Origin: Blastocystis sp. Blastoise | Taxonomy: Eukaryota; Protista; Bigyra: Opalinata | Assembly (NCBI GenBank): GCA_039096225.1 | Contig: JBBPEB010000006.1 | Location: 1,302,001 to 1,366,000 of the forward strand | Reading direction: 5' to 3' | DNA: 64,000 bases | Shown here: piece by piece, positions 53,528 to 61,656 of the stretch | How the letters are laid out: the number at the start of each line of letters is the position of its first letter | Numbering within the stretch: the first letter of the stretch is position 1 | Position numbers and translations under genes: made by a program | Notes under the pieces: generated by a model | Databases searched by the model: none | What the model saw: only the letters and a program-made list of their open reading frames with translations | Told to the model about the DNA's origin: nothing

Positions 53528-53637
53528 CATCCTTTTTATACTTTAGTGTTTTAAATGTATATACAATAAACAAAACAATTTTCAATGATTTTTTACAAGT
53601 TTATAAGTAAAACTAGAAAAATAAACAAGAAAATAAA

Positions 53638-54261
53638 TTAAATTTCAATTGGTTCTTGACTATTAATATATGTACATGAATGAGGCCATCCATTTTTATC
53701 ATATAAAATACCATCCCAGAAATACATTTGTTTTGAAGGATCTCTTTTAATCTTGTTAATACTCTTAGCATGAACAACTTCATAAGAATAAACTTTACCT
53801 TTTTCATCATAAAGAAATCCATCTTCCATATGGAATTTCATAATATCAAAATCATCATCTTTAGAATTCGAATGTTCTTTAGAATCTTCAGAACATAAAA
53901 TAGTAGTTCTATCACTTTCTAAAAGATCTTCAGTATTGATAATATCTTGAATATCTTGTTCTTCATTAAGTTGTTGAGTATAAATATCAGCAGCGAATTC
54001 TTCATAATCTTCAAGACCTTTAATAACCGCGTTTATACGTTTTAAAGCTGATCTATAGTTTTCGACTTCGAAAGAAGCAAGACGTTCTTTAGATTTTGCA
54101 ATACCCAATAGATTCTTTTCTCTATTCAATTGAGACTGATGTAAATCAATATCACGAAGAACATTCTTATGAACTTCAACAGCCTTCTTAGAATTCTTTA
54201 GAAGTTCCATACGAACAGTTTGAAGACATTTACGGGAATCAGCAGAAAGATTAAATTGCAT
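53638..54261 (-). CDS. Hypothetical viral coiled-coil protein
   Basis: ORF from ATG 54261 (MQFNLSADS); HSE at 54373-54390 upstream; 3' motif at 53569. Confidence 0.75.
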   Translation of the reverse strand: MQFNLSADSRKCLQTVRMELLKNSKKAVEVHKNVLRDIDLHQSQLNREKNLLGIAKSKERLASFEVENYRSALKRINAVIKGLEDYEEFAADIYTQQLNEEQDIQDIINTEDLLESDRTTILCSEDSKEHSNSKDDDFDIMKFHMEDGFLYDEKGKVYSYEVVHAKSINKIKRDPSKQMYFWDGILYDKNGWPHSCTYINSQEPIEI

Positions 54262-54659
54262 TATAATCGCGAATATCGTTACAGAGAGAAAATTTGTATT
54301 TATCAAAATGAAATAAATAATACATTTAAATGGAATATTAAATATTCTAGGAGACAGTCTAGAATCTCTATGGAATGTTCTAGAAGGTTCATTTGATTGG
54401 CTAATTTTGTCGACTTAGCATTTTTTATTTGTGTTTCAATGACGAGTATAGTTGGCATCTGTAATCTGATTGGATACAAAAATTAGTAAAACACAATTAG
54501 ACGATGACGACGATGTGTCATACGAAATAAGTTATTTTATTGGCTTATTTTCCAGCTGGAAGCAATAGGCTTTTGTTAGCAACTGAAATGAAGAACTGTA
54601 CACTAAAAATAGTATATTTAATATATTGTATAAAAATACTTTTGAAGGTTTAAATAATC

Positions 54660-55187
54660 ATGGAAATTCCTGATAGTCTTTCTGCCAGTTTATCCCCTTT
54701 CGGTCAAGCCATGATATCCCCCTTGTTGAATCCATTTGAAAATAGTGTTTCTGCAAATCCTATGGCTTTACCCAATGATAATGATTTCTGTTTTAATTCG
54801 CGTGACGAAATCATATTTGAAGATCCACCTCAAGAAATTCATCCAATCAATGATGTTTACGTATCTAAAAATCCAGATAGATATCATTCGGTTAACAATC
54901 AACCAATACAATTTCAAGATCAAGTAAATACAAATCCTGATAAGCAAGCATTATTATTTACAAATGAGGAGTTAACAAATATATCCAGTCAATTCGAATC
55001 TTTATTTCAAACTATGGAAACGGCTGATAATATATTAAATAGTATTTATTGTACTGTTGATCATTTAAAAACAAAGATTGAAAGTCAGAAACAAGATTTG
55101 AAACAGATTCATGATGATTCTAAAGAAATTGTTTCATTATTATCCGAATATTCTATTCCTTCTATGTCTGAAATATTTGATCATTAA
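54660..55187 (+). CDS. Hypothetical viral protein (Pro-rich N-terminus, coiled-coil C-terminus)
   Basis: 175-aa ATG ORF; CCAAT boxes (ATTGG) upstream; 3' motif at 55212. Confidence 0.75.
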   Translation: MEIPDSLSASLSPFGQAMISPLLNPFENSVSANPMALPNDNDFCFNSRDEIIFEDPPQEIHPINDVYVSKNPDRYHSVNNQPIQFQDQVNTNPDKQALLFTNEELTNISSQFESLFQTMETADNILNSIYCTVDHLKTKIESQKQDLKQIHDDSKEIVSLLSEYSIPSMSEIFDH

Positions 55188-55386
55188 TTATTTTTATTTA
55201 ATTAATTATTTTGTTTTGTTTATTTTTTTTTTAAATTAATTACACAAAGTTTAAATGGAGAATAGAATAGTTTCAAATAGAATTCTTGAATGGTCTAATG
55301 GATCTATTAAAGAAATATGTAACTACAGTATCATGGTTCGATTCCGTTAAAATGTTTCCATTAGATTATTCAAGTGTTCTTTTTTT

Positions 55387-55434
55387 TTCTAGAACCTTCT
55401 CGAACATTCTAGAACCTTCTCGAACCTTCTGGAA
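55387..55434. promoter_or_regulatory. Heat-shock-element-like array (10 units) upstream of the SSB gene
   Basis: TTCtaGAAccTTCtcGAAcaTTCtaGAAccTTCtcGAAccTTCtgGAA. Confidence 0.75.
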
Positions 55435-55510
55435 AATTGATTCATTTGAAAAGAATATCGTAAAATATTAGTATTAAAATACTTATATTTTTACTAAATA
55501 CTTAACTAAA

Positions 55511-56104
55511 ATGTCTTCAACTGAATTTAAGAAACCTACTATTCTTGATACTTCTAACTTTAATTTACAATGGGATGACACCAAAGAAAATGCTGTTCTT
55601 TTAAATAATAATCATCGTGTATGTATTTCTACTGATGCTACACCATGTTTATTTGGTTATATTGTTACACGTGATAAATGGACTTTAATAACGATTGAAG
55701 ATGATAATCAAGTATTCTTAACTGCTTATAAAGAACTTTATCGTAAATTATGTGAATTATGTCCTGATGGTGATATTGTTAATTTTGTACGTATGGATAA
55801 TGGTAAATATAAGATTACAATTAAAGTACCTATTAATGCATCGAAGAATGTTACTATTGATATTACTGATAAAAGAGATAAGAAGATTAATATCGGTAAA
55901 GATCCTAAGTTAACTTACGAAGAAATACGTGAAAAGTATATTCCACCAAATACGTTATGTAAAGTATTATTTACAATACATGGTATTCATCGTTATAATA
56001 ACAAGTATTATATTGGTTTATATGCACGTTCTATTAAAGTATTCGATAAATCTACGAAGAATACTAACAGCAATGATACTATTATTGATTTAACTAAATT
56101 ATAA
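55511..56104 (+). CDS. OB-fold single-stranded DNA-binding protein (NCLDV/T7 gp2.5-like)
   Basis: 197 aa; C-terminal IPPNTLCKVLFTIHGIHRYNNKYYIGLYARSIKV resembles the viral SSB strand pattern. Confidence 0.65.
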   Translation: MSSTEFKKPTILDTSNFNLQWDDTKENAVLLNNNHRVCISTDATPCLFGYIVTRDKWTLITIEDDNQVFLTAYKELYRKLCELCPDGDIVNFVRMDNGKYKITIKVPINASKNVTIDITDKRDKKINIGKDPKLTYEEIREKYIPPNTLCKVLFTIHGIHRYNNKYYIGLYARSIKVFDKSTKNTNSNDTIIDLTKL

Positions 56105-56179
56105 ATTTTTAATGTTAAATTTATTTTTTATTAATATATTTGTTTTGTTTATAAATAATTTTATAATTGAAATAAAAAA

Positions 56180-57808
56180 ATGCAAAGTTGTATCTTAGGA
56201 ATGCCAAGTCCTGGTACTTTTGGTATGAATTTAATTTCAACTGGAAAAGAATATAGGCGATATAATACACAACCATTACATAAAATGGATCAATATAATC
56301 CAATATTTCATGAAATAGGTCCAAATTCATCTATGCCTGTGTCTACTTTAGAAAGTAAAGAAATACATGATGGTAAAGAAGATGATTATGTAGATCGTTC
56401 TAAAACATTTGGTAAAGATGCTGTTCCACAAGGAAATGGTGCTTTAATTCGTGCTAGAGCAGCAGGTAAAGGTGTAATGAAAGCAGCTGGTCCAGAAGAA
56501 GATAAAATAGATGGTGAAGATCGTCAATATAAAGTATTAAATCCATGTAAACCAAGACGTAAATCTGGTAGAGGAATTATTCCAAATAAATCAGAAATCA
56601 ATAAATTAGAGAATAATCAAGGTTCTGGTATTGGTGATGCAATTAAAAATAAAGTAAAAGATATGTATCAACGAAATGTATTAGATATAAGAGATGCTAT
56701 TGTAGATAAAAAAGCTAATAGAAAAGCTCGTGATGCATTAGCTATTTTAACTCAATATGTTGGTGATGGTCATCATGATCTTGATGATGAATTCAAAAGA
56801 TTCTATGAACATAAAATAAAACGTGGTGGAAAGATTCCTATATCTGTTGCTTCAGCAATTATGAATGCAATTAAAAATAAGAAAATGATTAAGAATCCAA
56901 AATTAAGAAGAATGTTAAGACCCTCTATTATACCAAAATATATAGATTTAGATTCAGCTCAAAGTGGTGATGGTATATTAAGAGTAAAAAGAGGTGGTGG
57001 ATTCTGGAGCGGATTAATGGATTATGCACCAGCTCTATTAGGTGTAGTTGATAAAGGTATGGATTCTTTTGCTAAAGGTAGAAAAGCTTATTATGATACA
57101 CATTTGGCACAACAATCAAGTGAATTAAATGATATGGAATTTGAAATGGAAAAATTAAAACGTCAACAAGCATTAAATGAAATGAAAAAGCAAATAGGTT
57201 CAGGAAATACAATAAATAAAATGTTTGAAGGATATTATGATGTAGCTGATGAAATGCAAGATGCTCTTGATGAAGATGATAGACTACATCCACAACCCGT
57301 TGTTCAACCTCCACCACCTCCACAACAACAAGTTGATCGACCTCCTCAATCTCAACCTCCTCAACCTTATAAACCCATGTCTCGTGATGAACAAAGTTAT
57401 TATTATAAGATTTATGGTTTCCCTCAAAATGATAAAGAAAAAGTCGATAGAAAATGGAAAGAAGATGAAAGGGATAAACGAATAGCTGCAAGAAGAGCTA
57501 AACGTAGAGGTTATGGTGGTCGAGTTAAATTAAGTAAAGCAGAATTCTTAGAACGAATGAGAAGAGGAAAAGAAGCTAAAAAGAAAAGAGGTGGTGATTT
57601 GAATCCATTAGTATCATTTTATACAGATTTTATAATACCTGCAGGAGTGGCACGAAAAAAACGTAAAATCCAAGAGGCTGATTTAAAACAATTACAAATT
57701 ATAAAACAGAAAAGAGATAATAATGAAACATTAAATGCAGGTGACGAATTGTTTTGGAAAAAAAAGAAATATATGTTATCAAAAAACTCAGGGGAGGGGA
57801 TCTGGTAA
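56180..57808 (+). CDS. Putative basic virion core polyprotein with ~12 GG/GxG cleavage-like sites
   Basis: 542 aa, Lys/Arg-rich; overlaps the protease ORF; paralogous N-terminus with 34380-35870. Confidence 0.7.
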   Translation: MQSCILGMPSPGTFGMNLISTGKEYRRYNTQPLHKMDQYNPIFHEIGPNSSMPVSTLESKEIHDGKEDDYVDRSKTFGKDAVPQGNGALIRARAAGKGVMKAAGPEEDKIDGEDRQYKVLNPCKPRRKSGRGIIPNKSEINKLENNQGSGIGDAIKNKVKDMYQRNVLDIRDAIVDKKANRKARDALAILTQYVGDGHHDLDDEFKRFYEHKIKRGGKIPISVASAIMNAIKNKKMIKNPKLRRMLRPSIIPKYIDLDSAQSGDGILRVKRGGGFWSGLMDYAPALLGVVDKGMDSFAKGRKAYYDTHLAQQSSELNDMEFEMEKLKRQQALNEMKKQIGSGNTINKMFEGYYDVADEMQDALDEDDRLHPQPVVQPPPPPQQQVDRPPQSQPPQPYKPMSRDEQSYYYKIYGFPQNDKEKVDRKWKEDERDKRIAARRAKRRGYGGRVKLSKAEFLERMRRGKEAKKKRGGDLNPLVSFYTDFIIPAGVARKKRKIQEADLKQLQIIKQKRDNNETLNAGDELFWKKKKYMLSKNSGEGIW

Positions 57809-58374
57809 AGAGTAAAGATGAAAAACTTATTCAAAATTCAATGAATTGTGATAATCCTATTATATCTGATAAAACTCGTCATGTTACTCCTAGATCCCCT
57901 GATAATTTCAAACAAACTCTATCTCAATATTGTAATATACCAAATTCTTTAATATCTCAATTATATAATTATGCTTATTTAAATAAACCTACCTCTTCTG
58001 TTGCTTGTGATCGTGCTGAAAATGTTATGAAACAATTAAATAAAACGAATTCTCAATCTTATAATTATTATAATAGTTATGATGATTTTGAACAAAATAT
58101 AGATCAAGATCAAACTAAATTTAATATGATCTTTCATGAAAGTCCTAGTGATCCTTATAATGGTCATTTTGAAGCTGTTATTTATAATGGTAATAAAAAT
58201 ATAGAACACTATTCATCATTAGGAAATAAACCTACTTTTTCAAAATCATTTATTCAAAATCATAATATTCAATATAATCCTATTCAACACCAAAAAACTA
58301 CAAGTAATGCAAATGGTTGCTTTTATTATTCTTTACTTTATTTACTTTCTAATGGAAATCTTATGCCTTGTTAA
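57754..58374 (+). CDS. Adenain-like (clan CE) maturation cysteine protease; in the -1 frame of the upstream ORF, first ATG at 57841
   Basis: GHFEAV (His), HYSSLG (FDSFG-equivalent), QHQ (oxyanion Gln), NGCFYY (Cys). Confidence 0.75.
   Translation: MEKKEIYVIKKLRGGDLVKSKDEKLIQNSMNCDNPIISDKTRHVTPRSPDNFKQTLSQYCNIPNSLISQLYNYAYLNKPTSSVACDRAENVMKQLNKTNSQSYNYYNSYDDFEQNIDQDQTKFNMIFHESPSDPYNGHFEAVIYNGNKNIEHYSSLGNKPTFSKSFIQNHNIQYNPIQHQKTTSNANGCFYYSLLYLLSNGNLMPC
57781..57900 (+). promoter_or_regulatory. Candidate -1 programmed ribosomal frameshift signal
   Basis: In-frame A_AAA_AAC at 57781-57787; 7-nt spacer; stem AGGGGATCTGG (57795-57805) / CTAGATCCCCT (57890-57900) extended by GAGTAA/TTACTC. Confidence 0.7.
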
Positions 58375-58460
58375 AACATTCTAGAATATTCTAGAATCTT
58401 TAATTTATTATATTAATATTTTGTATAATTAATTTGTTTTGTTTATTATTTAATACTATA

Positions 58461-58616
58461 ATGACAAAGAAACGATTTGGCAATTACTACTTAGATCGTA
58501 GTGCAGAAACTTTAGAGAATGTAAATGAAATACTGTCAGTTATTGAAATTGTTCTTATTATTATATATATTTTACTTTACTTTTATATGTCCAAGAAACG
58601 TTCTAGAACATTCTAG
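58461..58616 (+). CDS. Small putative membrane protein (51 aa)
   Basis: ATG ORF with a single hydrophobic helix and basic tail; HSE upstream (58379-58396); 3' motif at 58688. Confidence 0.45.
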   Translation: MTKKRFGNYYLDRSAETLENVNEILSVIEIVLIIIYILLYFYMSKKRSRTF

Positions 58617-58718
58617 AACATTCATTTTGAACTGGCTCTATTTGTAGAATCTTTAATTTATTATATTAGTGTTTTGTATAATTAATTTGTTTTGTTTAAT
58701 CATTGGTTAATTTAAATA

Positions 58719-59093
58719 ATGAACAAGAAATATCTTAGTTATTCTTATTTTTGTCGTGTGATGAAGAATCTAAAAGAAGAAGGAATTAAATCTAAAAAGA
58801 ATGAAATAGCAAATCTATTAGAACAATTTTTAAATAACAATAACAGCAAAAATCTTAGTGATTTGCAATTGAGTTACTGTAGAAACATGTTACTTTATAT
58901 AGATGATCCTGTGATTCATCAACGTCTTGAAATGCTATTGGATAAACAATATATGAAGAATGAGAATCAATATCAAGATGATAAGAATCTTATTCAACCC
59001 AATAATATGTTTATGCCAACTATGAAAAGTAATCAACAACAAAATCAATATCAAAATAATAATAATAATCTATCTTTCTTACCTTTCAATTAA
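58719..59093 (+). CDS. Hypothetical viral protein with Asn/Gln-rich tail
   Basis: 124-aa ATG ORF; HSE at 58601-58623; TGTTTAGTT variant downstream. Confidence 0.65.
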   Translation: MNKKYLSYSYFCRVMKNLKEEGIKSKKNEIANLLEQFLNNNNSKNLSDLQLSYCRNMLLYIDDPVIHQRLEMLLDKQYMKNENQYQDDKNLIQPNNMFMPTMKSNQQQNQYQNNNNNLSFLPFN

Positions 59094-59168
59094 TTTTTAT
59101 ATCCTTTTATTACTAGTTGTTTAGTTATATTCAAAATTTAAAAACAAAACAAACATAAAAACATAAAA

Positions 59169-60104
59169 TTATTCAATTAATTTTTTAAATAAATTATTAT
59201 TTTCTAAAGATACATAAGAATTAATATGTGTATAATCATTATGACATAAAGCAGAAGCAGAATTTTCTATATCTTGGAATGTATTGGTTGTAGTTGTAGC
59301 ATATAATTTTCTTAATGCATTAATGGTTAATTTTGGATGGATTTGTTTTAAATGTTTATTCACAAACCAATCAAATGCTTTAGTAGTAAATCCAGTTCTA
59401 ACAGAAGATTCAAATATAAATTTACGATTTGGATTTCTTTTTAAGAGTAATTCTAGATCTTCAATCAATTCTTTTGGTGCATCTAATTGAATTGTAGAGT
59501 ATTTACCAGCAGTTTTATAATCATTTAATAGAATAGAACCAGTATGTTTCTCTTTATCATAAACAATATAATTCTTATGAATAGCTGGATCAATAGTATC
59601 TTCTGGAGTTAGAATGAATAATTGAGCATAATCAGCACGAGCAGGAGGAAGATAGGAGTAAAAATCTAATATTAATCGTAATGGGTTATAATTTTCTAAT
59701 TTATCGTGATATTCATGTAAATATGGAGTCGTAATACCATCTTTAATAAGATCTTGAATCAAAGTACGTTTCTTATTATCCAGATATTTTTCATACATAG
59801 AATTGATAATCACATAAAATTCACACCATTTATTTAAAATACCTTCTTTATTTAATGAAGAAACATTACGTATAATAAATAAAATCAATTCACATAACGA
59901 TTTCATTGGACTAATTTTGATTTTACGTTCATTTACCATATAATCCATGAATGAATAAGGATTCTTTAAGAATTCTGAGAACTTTTTAAATGGTAATGGG
60001 AAAATATATAAATTGAAATAATTGGTTAAACGTTTTTTCCAAATATCAGAATAATTTGAATTCTGTATAACCAAAAGATACTTGTCATAATTCGTATTTT
60101 TCAT
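59169..60104 (-). CDS. Tyrosine recombinase 2 (short form)
   Basis: R (PARADY), K (YKTAGKY), ALRK, H...Y (LCHNDYTHINSY); probable ATG at 60104. Confidence 0.85.
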   Translation of the reverse strand: MKNTNYDKYLLVIQNSNYSDIWKKRLTNYFNLYIFPLPFKKFSEFLKNPYSFMDYMVNERKIKISPMKSLCELILFIIRNVSSLNKEGILNKWCEFYVIINSMYEKYLDNKKRTLIQDLIKDGITTPYLHEYHDKLENYNPLRLILDFYSYLPPARADYAQLFILTPEDTIDPAIHKNYIVYDKEKHTGSILLNDYKTAGKYSTIQLDAPKELIEDLELLLKRNPNRKFIFESSVRTGFTTKAFDWFVNKHLKQIHPKLTINALRKLYATTTTNTFQDIENSASALCHNDYTHINSYVSLENNNLFKKLIE

Positions 60105-60192
60105 TGTTTTTCTCAAGTAGAATCTTTAAAACTTCTATTTTGAAAAGAATAATACATAAGAAAATCAAAATAAAATATCTAAGATTCTCATG

Positions 60193-60240
60193 TTCTCGAA
60201 TGTTCTAGAAGTTTCGAGAATGTTCTAGAATATTCTAGAA
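60193..60240. promoter_or_regulatory. Heat-shock-element-like array (10 units) upstream of tyrosine recombinase 2
   Basis: TTCtcGAAtgTTCtaGAAgtTTCgaGAAtgTTCtaGAAtaTTCtaGAA. Confidence 0.75.
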
Positions 60241-61099
60241 AATTGATATACATGCCGCCACCTAAAACCACTGGAACATAATTAGTTTCCCCAGTTTCCC
60301 CATAATAATTGTGTTTTTGTGTTCCAAAATCCCTCATTTTTACATTTTTAAGCAATTTGATTGGACAATTCACGATGACGCATCCTATTTCCATAACGGT
60401 CACCCTTGTTTCCAAAAGTCTCTCGTTATAATCGTGGTGGTGGGTACATCTTTTTACAAGACCACACCACCACCAGCTTTTCTTTCACCCACTATAAATA
60501 CATACCTTGATCACTTTACTCTTTTTATATAAATTTTTTTATGATTATCATTACTTTTTATATTATTTATTGATCACTATACATACATTTTTATTTTTAT
60601 ATATTCCCGTGATTATTTTTATTATTTCTTTTTTAGATAGAACCATCCATTTCATCTTTTCTCTATATAAAGGGAGGGTCGGGGTGTGTGTTTATTTAGC
60701 ACATTCTGTGCTTCTTTTCGTATTTCTTTCTGTATTCCCGTGATTATTTTACTCACTTTACCAACGATGGAGTCATTTTCCATGAATATTTCCTGTAAAG
60801 GGGAGGGTTGGACTGTGTATTTTATTTCTTTTATGATTACTATGAGTTTCTCCTTGATCACTTTACGTTTCACGTTGGAATCGGAACACAAATAAATTAA
60901 AAATAAATAAACATGGGAAAAAATAAATACACACACACACTACCCTACACTCCCATGGTTATTTTACTTCAGAAATGTTATTAATTCTTCCGTCGAGAAC
61001 AAAAAGGGGGGATGACTTCCCCGCTTATGGCTGCGCGCGTCGCGCAGACTCTATGCGGGGTTTGCATACCCCCTTCTGCAGTTCGAAGAACGGAAGAAT
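60203..61099 (-). repeat. Right terminal inverted repeat of the virus
   Basis: Reverse complement of 33195-34090. Confidence 0.97.
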
Positions 61100-61391
61100 T
61101 ATTAATTAGTTTATTTTATATAAAAATGTTATAATTACAAAAGTAAAAGTGTAAATATTGAGATATCAAGATGATATTTGTAATGAGAATTAAAAATAAC
61201 TAAAGAAAATATTATAAATATTAATTAGAAGACTATTTATTATTTGAATATTATTTAAATTTTTTCTTTTATAAAACAATGAGACCTTTGATGATAAACT
61301 AACTGAATATGTCTATATATATATAATAATAATAAAATATATTTGATTATTTTGAGCTGATAGATAGTTCAATTCTATATATAGAATAATA

Positions 61392-61460
61392 ATTTAAGTC
61401 AGGAATTGAACCTGAAATATATATATATATATATATTCTATCCATTTATAGAACTTAAAT
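61392..61460 (-). ncRNA. tRNA-like cloverleaf element, copy 4, with an (AT)n hairpin replacing the anticodon arm
   Basis: Minus strand: ATTTAAG/CTTAAAT; TTCTAT-AAATGG-ATAGAA; (AT)n; TCAGG-TTCAATT-CCTGA. Confidence 0.6.
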
Positions 61461-61601
61461 AATAAAATAATAATATATTTTAATATATTGAATTCATCTT
61501 CTATATATATATATAATAATAATAATAATATAATTTAATAAGACGAAAAAAGAATATAAATAATATATAAACATAATAATATAATTATAATAAAATATAA
61601 G

Positions 61602-61622
61602 ATTTAAGTCAGGAGTTGAACC

Positions 61623-61656
<34 letters not shown>

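Larger units (their letters stand above)
33195..61099. mobile_element. Endogenous Polinton-like virus (27.9 kb), primase-helicase / tyrosine-recombinase type
   Basis: ~897-bp near-identical TIRs; dense intronless ORFs for MCPs, pentons, packaging ATPase, Cys protease, primase-helicase, SSB and two YRs; no pPolB or RVE integrase recognisable. Confidence 0.92.

Noticed and set aside
57760-57766. Upstream A_AAA_AAG as the main frameshift site
   Set aside because: Also in register, but ~28 nt from the stem, outside the usual 5-9-nt spacing; it could be a minor site only.
34794-59490. Short ORFs nested in or antisense to viral genes (e.g. 34794, 38981, 40026, 40725, 57072, 59284)
   Set aside because: Shadow frames of long ORFs with no independent promoter or 3' motif.
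33195-61099. Classical Maverick/Polinton call
   Set aside because: No pPolB, no RVE integrase, no 6-bp TSD or AG...CT simple-repeat termini.
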